From the NCBI GenBank assembly GCA_022825945.1, contig JAJDVS010000082.1:10470-74469 (forward strand): 64,000 nucleotides of DNA. The letters are read 5' to 3'. Source of the DNA: Pseudomonadales bacterium (GTDB lineage Bacteria > Pseudomonadota > Gammaproteobacteria > Pseudomonadales > Pseudohongiellaceae). The notes under the pieces are model-generated. The model made no database searches, had not been told where the DNA came from, and saw nothing but the letters and a program-made list of their open reading frames with translations. The first letter of the stretch is position 1; each line of letters starts with the position of its first letter. A program made the translations under genes and the position numbers. Below, in pieces: positions 1 through 10,105 of the stretch.

Positions 1-895
1 GCATGTTGCCGGCGTCCATGGAGCCTTCCGCCTTGCCCGCGCCCACGAGGGTGTGCAACTCGTCGATAAAGAGAATCACCGAACCTTCGCGCCTGGCGAT
101 TTCCTTGAGCACGCCTTTCATGCGCTCTTCGAATTCGCCGCGGAACCTGGTCCCGGCGATCAGCGAACCGAGGTCAAGCGCGAGTATGCGCTTGTTTTTC
201 AGACCCTCGGGAACTTCGCCGTTGACAATGCGCTGGGCAAGCCCTTCGGCGATGGCGGTTTTACCGACGCCGGGCTCGCCGATCAATACGGGATTGTTCT
301 TGGTGCGGCGCTGCAGCACCTGCACCGCCCTGCGAATCTCGCTGTCGCGGCCGATGACGGGGTCAAGTTCGCCCTTGCCGGCGCGTTCGGTGAGATCGGT
401 GCAGAACCGGTCGAGGGCCTGGCGGTCGGTTTCCGCATCGGCGTTGTCCACCGGCTCTCCGCCGCGCAGATTGTCGATGGCATTGGCCAGGGCCTGTTCA
501 CTGACGCCGCCCGATTTGAGCAATCTGGCCACCGGGTTCGAAGCTTTCATGGCCGCCAGCAGCACGGTTTCGCTGGAAACAAAGCTGTCGCCCTGTTCAT
601 TGGCGAGGGTTTCGGCGCGATTCAGCAGCCTGTTCAGTTCCGGGGAGATGGAAAGCTGGCCGTCGTGGTCCCTGATTGCTGGCAGGTCCCTGACGAGTTG
701 CTCGAGATTGGTACGGAGTTCGGTGAGGTTGAATCCGGTCTGGGCGAGCAGGGCGCGGACGGAACTGCCGGGCTGATCGAGCATGGCGAGCAGCAGGTGG
801 GCCGGGTCGATTTGGGTGTTTTGGTGGGCCAGGGCCAGGGATTGCGCGGTGGCGAGGGCCTTTTGGAGGTTGGTGGTGAATTTTTCGGGGCGCAT
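1..895 (-). CDS. clpB: ClpB protein disaggregase, N-terminal ~298 codons (gene runs off the left edge)
   Basis: Own reverse-strand translation; the ORF is absent from the track because no stop lies in the window. ATG at 895-893 gives [35 protein letters not shown]. Walker [16 protein letters not shown] lies near 240-300, and [26 protein letters not shown] at ~80-1 is typical ClpB NBD1. Confidence 0.93.
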   Translation of the reverse strand, partial: MRPEKFTTNLQKALATAQSLALAHQNTQIDPAHLLLAMLDQPGSSVRALLAQTGFNLTELRTNLEQLVRDLPAIRDHDGQLSISPELNRLLNRAETLANEQGDSFVSSETVLLAAMKASNPVARLLKSGGVSEQALANAIDNLRGGEPVDNADAETDRQALDRFCTDLTERAGKGELDPVIGRDSEIRRAVQVLQRRTKNNPVLIGEPGVGKTAIAEGLAQRIVNGEVPEGLKNKRILALDLGSLIAGTRFRGEFEERMKGVLKEIARREGSVILFIDELHTLVGAGKAEGSMDAGNM

Positions 896-1093
896 GGGAG
901 GTTGGGTTGTGCCGGGCATGTTGGTGGATTCATGTATGGGGGCCGAGCCGGATTTGTTCAAGTTTTGGGCATCTTGCCGGCAGCGGCCCAAGACAGATTG
1001 AGATTGGCTCACCAGGAATCGGGAGAAGAACGCTGCATGGCTGGAGTGGCTTACGGCAAAATTGGGACGTATTGGCTCCAGGTAGGCTTGAGG

Positions 1094-1867
1094 TTAGGTG
1101 GGGGCGGGTTTGATGGCTATCAGGTTGGCCATTCGGCCGGTGGGGTTGGGGTGGTGGCGGCGGTGGGAGTAGTAGTGGGCCGGGTGGCAGCGGGTGCATT
1201 GGGGGGTGGCGGACAGGGAGGTTACGCCGAGATTGCCCAGTTTGATCTGGGCGATTTTTGGCAGGTTGGTGAGGTACTTGCCTGGTTCCCGGGTGGGGGT
1301 GAAGGCGGGTTTGAATTGTTGGCGCTCGGCGGGGGTGGCGTCGTTCAGGAAGGCGCTGGGGACGTCTTTGCCGGTTTCGTAGCAGCAGGAGTGGATGGCG
1401 GGAGCGAACCAGGCGAGAAGGTTCCGGGGCCGAGTCTGCATTTTGGCCAGGGTGTTTTCGATGATGCCTGCCTTGAGGCCGCGCCAGCCGGCGTGGAGGA
1501 TGGCGATTTCGTCGCCGGCGCGGCTGCTCAGGAAAATGGGCAGGCAGTCGGCGCTGAGTACGCAAAGCGCGATGCCGGGGATGCGGCTGATGAGGCTGTC
1601 GGCTTCCGGTGGTCCACCTGCCCTGGTGACGATATGGACCCTGCCGCCATGTACCTGCCTGAGCCACTGGAATTCGGCGGGGAAATCCAGGCTGGCGGCA
1701 AGCAACCGGCGATTCTGCTCCACCGTTTCCGGATTGTCCCCCACGTGATGGGCGAGATTGCAGCCGGCGTAAGGGCCGGCGCTGCAGCCGCCTTCACGGT
1801 TGGTGGAGGCTGCAAAAACGCTTGCCGGTGCGGGCCATTCCGCCGGTAACAACTGGATTGCCGGCAT
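1094..1867 (-). CDS. pgeF: YfiH/PgeF family laccase-domain protein (peptidoglycan editing factor / purine nucleoside phosphorylase)
   Basis: 257-aa ORF with family motifs (NLAHHVGDNPETV, LSADCLPIF, ILHAGWRGL, CCYE). Sits in the conserved clpB-pgeF-rluD arrangement. Confidence 0.88.
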   Translation of the reverse strand: MPAIQLLPAEWPAPASVFAASTNREGGCSAGPYAGCNLAHHVGDNPETVEQNRRLLAASLDFPAEFQWLRQVHGGRVHIVTRAGGPPEADSLISRIPGIALCVLSADCLPIFLSSRAGDEIAILHAGWRGLKAGIIENTLAKMQTRPRNLLAWFAPAIHSCCYETGKDVPSAFLNDATPAERQQFKPAFTPTREPGKYLTNLPKIAQIKLGNLGVTSLSATPQCTRCHPAHYYSHRRHHPNPTGRMANLIAIKPAPT

Positions 1868-2835
1868 CAGCCCCCTCCTTCGCCCCGTGCGTCACGCCGC
1901 AGGAGGGCAAGCAGTTCTTCCATGTCCCGGGGCAGGTCGGATCGGCATTCGAGTTCGGCGCCGCTTATCGGGTGGGTCCATGCCAGCCGGCAGGCGTGCA
2001 GGGCCTGGCGGGGAAACTCCCCGAGCACGGCGCCGAGTTCCGGCAGGCAGCGCGGTGGAGGTTTGGGACGCCCGCCGTAGGCGCGGTCGCCGATGGCGGG
2101 ATAGCCGAGCCAGGACAAATGCACTCTTATCTGGTGGGTGCGGCCGGATTCCAGCGCAATCCGCAGCAGACTGTGGGCGCGAAAGCGTTCCAGAATGTGG
2201 TAATGGGTTCGCGCCGGCTTGCCGCTCGCCAGCACCGCCATGCGTTTGCGGTGCACCGGATGGCGGCCGATGGGCTGATCCACGATTCCGCCGGTGATCG
2301 GCACTCCGGTCGTCAGCGCCTGGTATTCGCGCTGGATATGGCGCTGCCGCAACTGCCGCACGAGAGCGGTATGGGCGGGCAGGCTGCGGGCCACAAGCAG
2401 CAGGCCCGTGGTGTTCTTGTCGAGGCGATGGATCAGGCCGGCCCGGGGGAGTTGCGCCAGTTCCGGATACTGGTGCAGCAGGCCATTGAGCAGGGTGCCG
2501 CCCGGGTGTCCGGCTGCGGGATGCACCACGAGCTTGTCGGGTTTGTTGATGACGAGCAGGTGATCATCCTGGTAACGGACATCCAGCGCCATGGATTCGG
2601 CGGCCAGATCTTCCGCAGCTTCGAGTTCCGCGGCGATTTCGATAATGTCCCCGGCCTTGAGGTTTTCCCGCTTTTTCAAAATTTGGGAATTTACTGTCAG
2701 TTCGCCGCTTTTTATCCACATTTGCAAGCGTGATCGGGAATAATCGGGAAACATCCTTGCCGCTGCCCGGTCCAGCCGCAAGCCGGCCAGGGATTCGTCA
2801 ACCTTTTCTCGGCGCAGGATTCTGCCGCTTTCCAT
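1867..2835 (-). CDS. rluD: 23S rRNA pseudouridine(1911/1915/1917) synthase RluD
   Basis: 322-aa ORF with an S4 domain N-terminus (LRLDRAAARMFPDYSRSRLQMWIKSGELTVN) and catalytic HRLDKNTTGLLLVAR. Its stop shares 1 nt with the pgeF start, and it is divergent from bamD as in other Gammaproteobacteria. Confidence 0.93.
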   Translation of the reverse strand: MESGRILRREKVDESLAGLRLDRAAARMFPDYSRSRLQMWIKSGELTVNSQILKKRENLKAGDIIEIAAELEAAEDLAAESMALDVRYQDDHLLVINKPDKLVVHPAAGHPGGTLLNGLLHQYPELAQLPRAGLIHRLDKNTTGLLLVARSLPAHTALVRQLRQRHIQREYQALTTGVPITGGIVDQPIGRHPVHRKRMAVLASGKPARTHYHILERFRAHSLLRIALESGRTHQIRVHLSWLGYPAIGDRAYGGRPKPPPRCLPELGAVLGEFPRQALHACRLAWTHPISGAELECRSDLPRDMEELLALLRRDARGEGGG

Positions 2836-2973
2836 GGAACTGCCCGGGCAAATGGAGGTCAGACATTTTCCCGTATCCGGCTCCGGAATGGGAGTGGCGC
2901 CGGCTTCGGGTTTGGACCCGGCCGGGGGCCGGCGTTACAATCGCGGCCCTGAATACCCTAAACGGAAAACAGT

Positions 2974-3969
2974 TTGATGGATGCTTTCTGGCGAATATCG
3001 CGCACGGCGCTGCTCCTGCTTGCGGCGTGCTTCATGGTTTCCTGCGCCTGGTTCGGGGATGACGGGGACGAAGACGAATTTGCCGGCCTCAGCACCGAAG
3101 AACAGTTCTACCAGCGGGCGCTGGACCAGCTCACCAACCAGAATTTCCGCGGCGCGATTTCCACTTACGAAGCGCTGGAATCCCGCTTTCCCTTTGGCCG
3201 CTTCGCCGCCCAGGCCCAGATCGAGATTGTCTACGCCTATTACCGCAGCGGCGACCGGGAAGCCGCCCGGGCCGCGGCCCAGCGTTTTATCCGCCTGCAC
3301 CCGGATAGCGAAAACATCGACTACGCCTATTACATGCTCGGGCTTTCCTCCTTTGACGACAACAGCGGCTTTCTCGACCGCTTTGTGCCCATAGACCCAA
3401 CCAAGCGCGATCCGGGCCGCACCGAAGAATCCTTCAATGACTTCGCCCAGTTGCTGGCGCTGTATCCCGACAGCCCCTACGCAGCCGACGCCAGGGCGCG
3501 GATGATCTACCTGCGCAACAATCTGGCGGCTTACGAGATTCATGTGGCGAACTACTATCTGGAGCGGCGCGCCTTTATCGCCGCCCAGCGCCGGGCCCAG
3601 TACGTGGTGGAAAATTTCCAGGGCACCCCGGCGGTGGCCGACGCCGTGGCGATCATGGTGGAGTGCTATCTCAGGCTCGGCCTCGATGACCTGGCCAATA
3701 CTTCCCTGGCGCTGCTCAACGAAAACTATCCCGGGCATCCCGCCATCGACGAGAACGGCGAGTTTGTCATCCGCACCGAAATTTCCGACCCTTCCCTGCT
3801 GTACACCGTGACTTTCGGCCTGCTTGGCGACAACCGCGGCAATCCGCCGCTGGCGCCCACCGAGCGGCCTCCCATGTCCGGCAGCCAGCAGATCATCAAC
3901 AATCAGGAAGCTCCCGAAGAACCGAAGCGCTCCTTTCTCAGCATCATCACCTTGGGCGTGCTGGACTGA
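2974..3969 (+). CDS. bamD: Outer membrane protein assembly factor BamD (YfiO/ComL, TPR lipoprotein)
   Basis: 331-aa ORF with lipobox-like [11 protein letters not shown] and TPR-like repeats ([45 protein letters not shown]). Conserved position divergent from rluD. Confidence 0.9.
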   Translation: MMDAFWRISRTALLLLAACFMVSCAWFGDDGDEDEFAGLSTEEQFYQRALDQLTNQNFRGAISTYEALESRFPFGRFAAQAQIEIVYAYYRSGDREAARAAAQRFIRLHPDSENIDYAYYMLGLSSFDDNSGFLDRFVPIDPTKRDPGRTEESFNDFAQLLALYPDSPYAADARARMIYLRNNLAAYEIHVANYYLERRAFIAAQRRAQYVVENFQGTPAVADAVAIMVECYLRLGLDDLANTSLALLNENYPGHPAIDENGEFVIRTEISDPSLLYTVTFGLLGDNRGNPPLAPTERPPMSGSQQIINNQEAPEEPKRSFLSIITLGVLD

Positions 3970-4031
3970 CTGGCTACTCGCCAGATTGCCGGGCATTCGT
4001 AATCGGGTAAGGTCGCCAGCGGTTTGGAAGG

Positions 4032-5657
4032 TCAGTCGCCAGGCTGCCAGGCGTTCGTTATTGGATACCGTCGATCCCGGCCGAAGGCTTTCTGGGTGAG
4101 CCGCACGCCGGGCGGGCCCTGCCTGCGCTTGTATTCGTTGCGGTCCACCATTCGCACCACCCGCGCCACGGTTTCCCGGTCGAAGCCGTCCTCCACGATG
4201 CGGTGGGCGCTCCAGTCCCGCTCCACATAGCGCTCCAGGATGGGGTCGAGCACGGCGTAGGGCGGCAGATTGTCGGAATCCACCTGTTCCGGGGCGAGTT
4301 CCGCCGAGGGCTCCCGCTCGATGACTTCCACCGGTATGGCTTCCCGGGAATCCGGCTCCAGCCCGTTGCGAAATCCGGCGAGTCGATAGACCATGGTTTT
4401 GGAAACATCCTTGAGCACATCGAAGCCGCCCGCCATGTCTCCGTAAAGCGTGGCGTAGCCCACGGCCAGTTCGCTCTTGTTGCCCGTGGTGAGCACGAGC
4501 AGGCCCTTCTTGTTGGAAATCGCCATGAGCAGCACGCCCCGGCAGCGCGCCTGCAGGTTCTGTTCGCTGACATCGGGCCCGGCGCCGGCGAATTCTTCCG
4601 CCAACGCCGCGATGAAAGCCTCATACAGCCCATCGATGGGAATCACGCGGTAATCCACCCCCAGAGCTTCGGCCTGTCTCGCCGCCGCGTTCCTGCTCAG
4701 GTTCGAAGTGAAAGTGAATGGCATCATGACCGCCCGCACCCGCTCCGGGCCGAGGGCGTCCACCGCCACCGCCAGGGTCAGCGCCGAATCGATGCCGCCG
4801 GAGAGGCCGAGCACCACGCCGCCGAAACCGTTCTTGTTGACATAATCCCGGACCCCCATGACCAGGGCCCGGTAGATCTGCTCTTCCATGCCGGCCTGTG
4901 GAACGAGTTTTCCCGGGAGCAGTTTGCAGGCGCCGTCGCGGCGATCCACTTCGATATCAATTGGGTAAAGCCCTTCCTGAAAGGCCGGGGCAAGACTGCG
5001 CAAGCCGCCCTCGGCGTCCACCGCCAGGGAGGCGCCGTCGAAAACGAGTTCATCCTGCCCGCCGACCAGGTTGACATAGACAATCGGAAACTCGCCCCGC
5101 CGGCAGCGTTCGGCGAGCAAAGCCTTTCGTTCGCCGGTTTTCCCCGCGTGAAACGGCGAGGCGTTGATATTGATGAGCAGGCCGGCGCCGGCATTGCTCG
5201 CCTGCGCCGTGGCGATCTCGCTCCACAGGTCCTCGCATATCGTGAATGCGATGCGGGCGCCGAAAAGCTCCACGAGGCAGGGGCCGCCGCCGGGGCGAAA
5301 ATAGCGCTGCTCGTCAAAAACCTGGTAATTGGGCAGGCGCTGCTTGTGGTAGGTGGCGATGCGGCGACCCTGGTGGATGACCGTGAGCGCGTTGTACAGG
5401 CCCTCATCGCCGGTTTCGGGAAAACCCACCACCACGGCGCACTCGAGTCCGGCGCCGGTGATCTCGTCCAGCGCCCGCTCGATGCGCCCGCCGAGGCTCG
5501 GACGCAGCAGCAGGTCTTCCGGCGGATATCCCGTGAGGGTCAGTTCGGGAAAGACCACGAGGTCCGCCTGCTGTTCCATCCGGGCCCGACGCGCGCTTTC
5601 CACCACGCGGCGGGCATTGCCCTGGATATCGCCCACCAGCAGATTCAACTGCGCCAT
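4032..5657 (-). CDS. nadE: Glutamine-dependent NAD+ synthetase NadE (nitrilase domain + NAD synthetase domain)
   Basis: Long ORF 4032..5753. The likely start is the internal MAQLNLLVGD (ATG at 5657). CN-hydrolase motifs are present (FPELTLTGYPPEDLL, ICEDLW), as is the ATP-PPase signature LGLSGGIDSAL. Confidence 0.9.
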   Translation of the reverse strand: MAQLNLLVGDIQGNARRVVESARRARMEQQADLVVFPELTLTGYPPEDLLLRPSLGGRIERALDEITGAGLECAVVVGFPETGDEGLYNALTVIHQGRRIATYHKQRLPNYQVFDEQRYFRPGGGPCLVELFGARIAFTICEDLWSEIATAQASNAGAGLLININASPFHAGKTGERKALLAERCRRGEFPIVYVNLVGGQDELVFDGASLAVDAEGGLRSLAPAFQEGLYPIDIEVDRRDGACKLLPGKLVPQAGMEEQIYRALVMGVRDYVNKNGFGGVVLGLSGGIDSALTLAVAVDALGPERVRAVMMPFTFTSNLSRNAAARQAEALGVDYRVIPIDGLYEAFIAALAEEFAGAGPDVSEQNLQARCRGVLLMAISNKKGLLVLTTGNKSELAVGYATLYGDMAGGFDVLKDVSKTMVYRLAGFRNGLEPDSREAIPVEVIEREPSAELAPEQVDSDNLPPYAVLDPILERYVERDWSAHRIVEDGFDRETVARVVRMVDRNEYKRRQGPPGVRLTQKAFGRDRRYPITNAWQPGD

Positions 5658-5767
5658 GACGAGCCTGAATTTCACGAGCGCGCCTCGGCAATTTTTTCGC
5701 TGGATTTTTCCGCTTTTTGAAGGATTCTCACTAGACTTTCCGCTATCGGACAAAATGGACGGGAAAG

Positions 5768-6328
5768 ATGAATCGCAATACCGGACTGAGCCTGCTGGAA
5801 CTGCTGCTGGCGATCGCCCTGCTGTCGATCATTCTGGCGGCGACGGCGCCATCGCTGGGCGGCATTATAGAACAACGCCGGGGCGACGAAGTCATGCGCC
5901 TGCTGCGCGGCGCCATCGAATTCACCCGGGTGGCGGCCATCGGCAGCGGCGGCCTGGCGACGCTGTGCCCCTCCCGGGACGGTCAAAGCTGCGGCGGGGG
6001 CTGGCAGGAAGGCATGATCGCCTTCGTGGACGGAGATGGCGACCGCATTCCCGACTCCGGCGATGCGCTGCCGCGGGCGTTTCGATTTCCCGCTCCCGCC
6101 GGCAGTCTCCGCTGGCGTTCCTTCGGCAATCGCCAGTATCTGCAAATGACCGCCATGGGTTTTACCCGCAACCAGAACGGGAGTTTCACCTGGTGTCCCG
6201 CCAATGGCGATGCGCGCCAGGCCAGGCGGTTGATACTCAATGCGGCGGGGAGGCTCCGGGAAGCGGAGGACCGGGACGGAGACGGCATCCGGGAAAGCGG
6301 TAATGGCGAGGCGCTGGTTTGTGATTGA
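5768..6328 (+). CDS. Type IV pilus minor pilin, GspH/FimT-FimU family
   Basis: Prepilin leader MNRNTG/LSLLELLLAIALLSIIL with Glu at +5. Length of 186 aa and adjacency to pilV-W-X-E fit. FimT and FimU cannot be distinguished by eye. Confidence 0.75.
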   Translation: MNRNTGLSLLELLLAIALLSIILAATAPSLGGIIEQRRGDEVMRLLRGAIEFTRVAAIGSGGLATLCPSRDGQSCGGGWQEGMIAFVDGDGDRIPDSGDALPRAFRFPAPAGSLRWRSFGNRQYLQMTAMGFTRNQNGSFTWCPANGDARQARRLILNAAGRLREAEDRDGDGIRESGNGEALVCD

Positions 6329-6337
6329 ATGGTTGTC

Positions 6338-6760
6338 TCACCAGCAGTGGCCGGTTTCCCCGCCGCCCGCGCCCCGGACACCCTTGCTGTCGAGGCTGAG
6401 TTCGGCGCATTCGTCCGCGGCCTGTTTTCCCTGGCCCCGGGCGATGGCGATAAAGCACTGGCTCAGGTTTTGCCCGGGGCAGGCTTGTACTTCAATCTCA
6501 TAATGTTCGTTTCGGGTCAGACGCCGCCTGCCGGATACCGTTGGCGCCAACAACGGCCATGCGTCGGCGGTGTAGCCGCCATTGCGGGCGCGGTGGCGTT
6601 CCTGTTCGGCGGCGACTTCCATCAGTTCCAGGCGCGCTTCCATCCGGCGGCTGCGCAGCAGATGGCCCTCATACGCGGGCAGGGCCAGCGCCGCGAGCAG
6701 GCCCGTCACCGCCAGCACGAGCAGGGCTTCCATCAGGGTGAGTCCAGTTTGCGCGCGCAT
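6338..6760 (-). CDS. pilE: Type IV pilin PilE-like (minor pilin)
   Basis: Internal ATG at 6760 gives MRAQTG/LTLMEALLVLAVTGLLAALALPAY, a class III signal with E+5. It is the last gene of the minor-pilin operon. Confidence 0.8.
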   Translation of the reverse strand: MRAQTGLTLMEALLVLAVTGLLAALALPAYEGHLLRSRRMEARLELMEVAAEQERHRARNGGYTADAWPLLAPTVSGRRRLTRNEHYEIEVQACPGQNLSQCFIAIARGQGKQAADECAELSLDSKGVRGAGGGETGHCW

Positions 6761-6782
6761 GAATTCCGCGGCCTCCGCGCAG

Positions 6783-7322
6783 TCACAAAAGCCGCCGCCA
6801 GGCCAGACGGGCCCGGGAGAGCATCTGTTCCCCATCGCAGACGACCACGCCGGTGACTTGCAGCATCGTGGCGCCGGCGCCTTCGCCCCGGGCGGTAATG
6901 CGGTAGTACACCGGAGCCGACAAGGGCTCGAGCTGCGGGTTTTCCGGGTCCGGCGAAACCGCGGGTTCGCGCCAGCTCTCCACTGTGAAGCGGGGCGATT
7001 CGGGGGTTAGCGGATACGACGCCGCATGGCCCCGGGATTGCCACCAGTCGTCGTCGGATTCGGTGGTCCGGGTCCAGATCGTTGCGTTTTCCGGCAACCC
7101 CGCAGCAAAATCTCCACCCGCATCGGGGCATTGGCCGGCGAGACCCGTTTCGGCCTCGGCCAGCGCCGCCTCGGCGGCCGCGAAGGCATAGTGGGATTCG
7201 CGCAGATTGCCCAGCATGCGCTCGTGCAGCAGGACCGATTCCAGACCGGCAACCGCCATCAGGCTCAGCAGGGCCAGAAACACCAGACAGAACAGCAGAA
7301 TCATGCCTTGCTGCCGCTTCAT
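6783..7322 (-). CDS. pilX: Type IV pilus minor pilin PilX
   Basis: 179 aa starting MKRQQGMILLFCLVFLALLSLMAVAGLE (PilX_N-type, lacking E+5). ATGA overlap with the pilW stop at 7319-7322. Confidence 0.78.
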   Translation of the reverse strand: MKRQQGMILLFCLVFLALLSLMAVAGLESVLLHERMLGNLRESHYAFAAAEAALAEAETGLAGQCPDAGGDFAAGLPENATIWTRTTESDDDWWQSRGHAASYPLTPESPRFTVESWREPAVSPDPENPQLEPLSAPVYYRITARGEGAGATMLQVTGVVVCDGEQMLSRARLAWRRLL

Positions 7323-8197
7323 GATTCCTCCTCGTCCGGATTCCCGGGAGCTTCCGGGGGCGGCCAGACGATCCGGGGAAAATCGGCGGTCCCAAGCGGA
7401 CGGTTGCGCAGGCTCAGGGTCTGGCTGAACTCCCCCTCGATCTCCGGAACCAGCAGGCTGCGCAGTTGCAGTTCCACCCGCACGCCGCGCACGGCGGACC
7501 AGTCGCCTACCTGCTCCGCCGAAAGCAGCGCGCCGCCATCGATCTGGTAGCCAAAGCGGATCGATTCCAGCCCGGCGACGATTTCCCGGGCGGGGCCGGA
7601 TTCCGCGAAGTTCGCAAGGTCGCGGAGAAACAGGGCCGGGGGACTGTTTGCCTGATTGCCGCGCCTGCCGATGTAGAACAGACTGCCCCGCAGCGCCGGA
7701 TTCCCGCCCGCGGCGTCGGGCGGCTGCAATTCCGGCGGATCATTGGCGGCGCAGCCGCGCACCGACCACCACAGGGCGATGACCTCGCCCTGGGCGCCGA
7801 CGCCGAATTCAGGATGGGGCCGCTCGCTGTTCCAGCCTTCCATGGGCGGAAAGGAAGCCGGGACTTGCCAGGCGGGGTCCAGGGGCGATGTTTCGCCGGA
7901 TTCGCCAAGGCAGCCGGGGAATCCCGCCAGACGAACGCGCCGACCCAATACATGCAGGGCGTATCGGGCGCTCTCGTGAAGCCGCAGTTCCGCGGTGACT
8001 TCATTCCGCAGGACGCTTCCCGCCAGATAGGCGCGGATGGCCACGCCGGCGATCGACAGGCTCAGGGCCGCCGCCACCAGCAATTCGATCAGGCTCAGTC
8101 CCGCCTGGGCCCGGAACCGATTGCCGGACGGCAAGCAGGGCTCAGGGCCGCAATGCGGTAACCAGCCTTCGTTCCGGTTCGCCATCCTGATTCTCAT
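7319..8197 (-). CDS. pilW: Type IV pilus assembly protein PilW (minor pilin)
   Basis: Prepilin motif RAQAG/LSLIELLVAAALSLSIAG. The long ORF to 8515 overlaps pilV, so the plausible starts are ATG 8197 or 8185. Start is uncertain. Confidence 0.75.
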   Translation of the reverse strand: MRIRMANRNEGWLPHCGPEPCLPSGNRFRAQAGLSLIELLVAAALSLSIAGVAIRAYLAGSVLRNEVTAELRLHESARYALHVLGRRVRLAGFPGCLGESGETSPLDPAWQVPASFPPMEGWNSERPHPEFGVGAQGEVIALWWSVRGCAANDPPELQPPDAAGGNPALRGSLFYIGRRGNQANSPPALFLRDLANFAESGPAREIVAGLESIRFGYQIDGGALLSAEQVGDWSAVRGVRVELQLRSLLVPEIEGEFSQTLSLRNRPLGTADFPRIVWPPPEAPGNPDEEES

Positions 8198-8570
8198 CCC
8201 ACCAGAGCTTGATTGCCAGAAAGTCGCCATTGCCGTCGCAGGCGGTCGCCGGGGCCGTTCCGTCCCGGGGCGTGCTGTCGATACAGACTTCGATCTTGCC
8301 GGCGGGAAGCGTGTCGGCAAATTCCGCCTGCCAGCGGGACAGCCCGGCGGCGTCTTGCCCGCCGTCTTGCAGTCTTTCCGCCATATCCGCGGCATGGAGC
8401 ATTGCCCGGGATTCGAGGTTGATTTCGCGCAAGTACGCCAGGCCGCGGAACTGCGTGGCGGCGATTCCGGCAAGGCAGAAGGAAAGTATCGCCAGGGCCG
8501 CCAGCGCTTCGACAAGGGTCGCCCCGCCGCAGTGTGCCCGGCGTATCGGGCGTTTGCTGGATTCCATCAT
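8142..8570 (-). CDS. pilV: Type IV pilus modification protein PilV (minor pilin)
   Basis: 142 aa with leader ...HCGG/ATLVEALAALAILSF and E+5. First gene of the pilVWXE string. Confidence 0.78.
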   Translation of the reverse strand: MMESSKRPIRRAHCGGATLVEALAALAILSFCLAGIAATQFRGLAYLREINLESRAMLHAADMAERLQDGGQDAAGLSRWQAEFADTLPAGKIEVCIDSTPRDGTAPATACDGNGDFLAIKLWWDENQDGEPERRLVTALRP

Positions 8571-8602
8571 TCGATCTCGCTAAGCTGCCGCATTCCCATA
8601 TT

Positions 8603-9388
8603 GTGAAAAAGTATAGGAAGCTTTTGCCGATTCAGCTTGATCCGGGAACAATCATCCTGCTCTGCCTTGCCGGTTTCCTCGCCGGCGGCGTCAATACCAT
8701 TGCCGGCGGCGGATCCAATCTCACCCTGCCGCTGCTGATGATGCTCGGCTTGCCCGCGGATGTGGCCAACGGCACCAACCGGGTCGGCATCTGGCTGCAA
8801 TGCATTGCCGGCGTGGGGGCGTTCGACCGTCACGACGCCTTGCCGCGGGCCGCGGTGGTCCCGGTGTTCGTTCCCACGCTTTCCGGCGGCCTGACCGGCG
8901 CCTTGCTCGCGGTGGCGCTGCCGAACCTCTATCTCAAGCCGGTGCTGTTGCTCTGTATTCTGACCATGGCGGTGGTGATGCTGCTGAGGCCGGATACGAT
9001 TGCGCCGCCGCCGGGAACCGAGGCCCGCTCACCGGGAGAGCATCGTCTTGCCTGGTGGGGACTGTTCGGCGCCGGGGTCTACGGCGGCTTTGTCCAGGCC
9101 GGGGTGGGTTTCATTCTGCTGGCGGTGCTCACCGCCGGGCTGCGCCATGACCTGCTGCGGGCCAATGCCCTGAAGATGAGTTGCGCCCTGGCCTTTACCA
9201 CGGTGGCGCTTGGCGTGTTTATCGTTTTCGGCAAGGTAAGCTGGGTACCGGGGCTGATTCTGGCGCTGGGCGCCATGGCGGGGGCCTGGCTGGCGGTGAA
9301 AATCGCGGTAAACCTTTCCCAGGCTGCCTTGCGGAGGATTTTGTTTGTGCTTACGGTGGCGGCGGTCGTTGGCGGCTTTTTGAGTTAG
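8603..9388 (+). CDS. TauE/SafE family sulfite/anion exporter (DUF81)
   Basis: Polytopic membrane ORF with the family motif AGFLAGGVNTIAGGGSNLTLPLLMMLGLPADVANGTNRVGI. The ATG at 8534 lies inside pilV, so an in-frame GTG at 8603 is preferred. Start is uncertain. Confidence 0.75.
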   Translation: MKKYRKLLPIQLDPGTIILLCLAGFLAGGVNTIAGGGSNLTLPLLMMLGLPADVANGTNRVGIWLQCIAGVGAFDRHDALPRAAVVPVFVPTLSGGLTGALLAVALPNLYLKPVLLLCILTMAVVMLLRPDTIAPPPGTEARSPGEHRLAWWGLFGAGVYGGFVQAGVGFILLAVLTAGLRHDLLRANALKMSCALAFTTVALGVFIVFGKVSWVPGLILALGAMAGAWLAVKIAVNLSQAALRRILFVLTVAAVVGGFLS

Positions 9389-9395
9389 GGCCTGT

Positions 9396-9884
9396 TCACA
9401 CTATGCGCTGTCGCTCTGCAGGAGGTGCGGCTGGTGACATGGGCGCCCGGCTGAACTTGTTCGACGCGCTGGTTGCCTTGACCAGCAAGCGCAGCAACTC
9501 TTCCTGTTCGACCTCGGTCAATCCGCGCATGATGTCATCCTGCACGACCCAAACGACGGGTATCGCGTTCTCGTAAACCTTCCGGCCGTCATCGGTAATC
9601 ACTATCAGATTTCTGCGCCGATCGTATTTTTGGTAGATACGGCGAACAAATCCCTTTTTTTCCAGCCTGTCGATCACTCCGCCCGTTGTGGCGCGGTCGC
9701 ACGCGATATGTTGAGCGAGGCTGGTCTGATCGATTTCGGGAAATTCCTTGACCACGCTCAACGCCGCGAACTGCACTTGCGTCAGATCAAGATCCTGCTC
9801 CGAGATTCGCGACATGAATGCGCCGACGGAAATCTGGTGCAGTCGCCGAATGTAGTGACCAACCATTCTTGTGATTGGATTCAT
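9396..9884 (-). CDS. MarR family transcriptional regulator
   Basis: 162 aa with a winged-helix region (LTQVQFAALSVVKEFPEIDQTSLAQHIACDRATTGGVIDRLEKKGFVRR) typical of MarR. Confidence 0.85.
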   Translation of the reverse strand: MNPITRMVGHYIRRLHQISVGAFMSRISEQDLDLTQVQFAALSVVKEFPEIDQTSLAQHIACDRATTGGVIDRLEKKGFVRRIYQKYDRRRNLIVITDDGRKVYENAIPVVWVVQDDIMRGLTEVEQEELLRLLVKATSASNKFSRAPMSPAAPPAERQRIV

Positions 9885-10105
9885 ATGTTTCCCAAAGGGT
9901 GATTGCGCTGTCGAATGTCTAGATTGACCAGGCTGGCCGGAACAGGGGTCCAGCCTATCCGCTCAGGGAGCATTCTTCAAGGACGGGCGCATTGGTGGGC
10001 GCATTGGCCTTATGGCCGCGCCAGACCTTTCCGGCCTTGCGCGCGTCCTGATCGCATGGTTCTGAATCTTGACGTGGCAAGAGCAAATTTCGGGATTGAA
10101 ATGTA

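Noticed and set aside
53-1849. 598-aa plus-strand ORF across the clpB/pgeF region
   Set aside because: It is antisense to two genes with unmistakable ClpB and PgeF translations. Its product is Gly/Ala/Val-rich low complexity, as expected for shadow ORFs in GC-rich DNA.
2935-5720. Long antisense ORFs 2935..3996 (-) and 4203..5720 (+)
   Set aside because: They lie opposite bamD and nadE respectively. No recognisable motifs; G/A/R-rich shadow frames.
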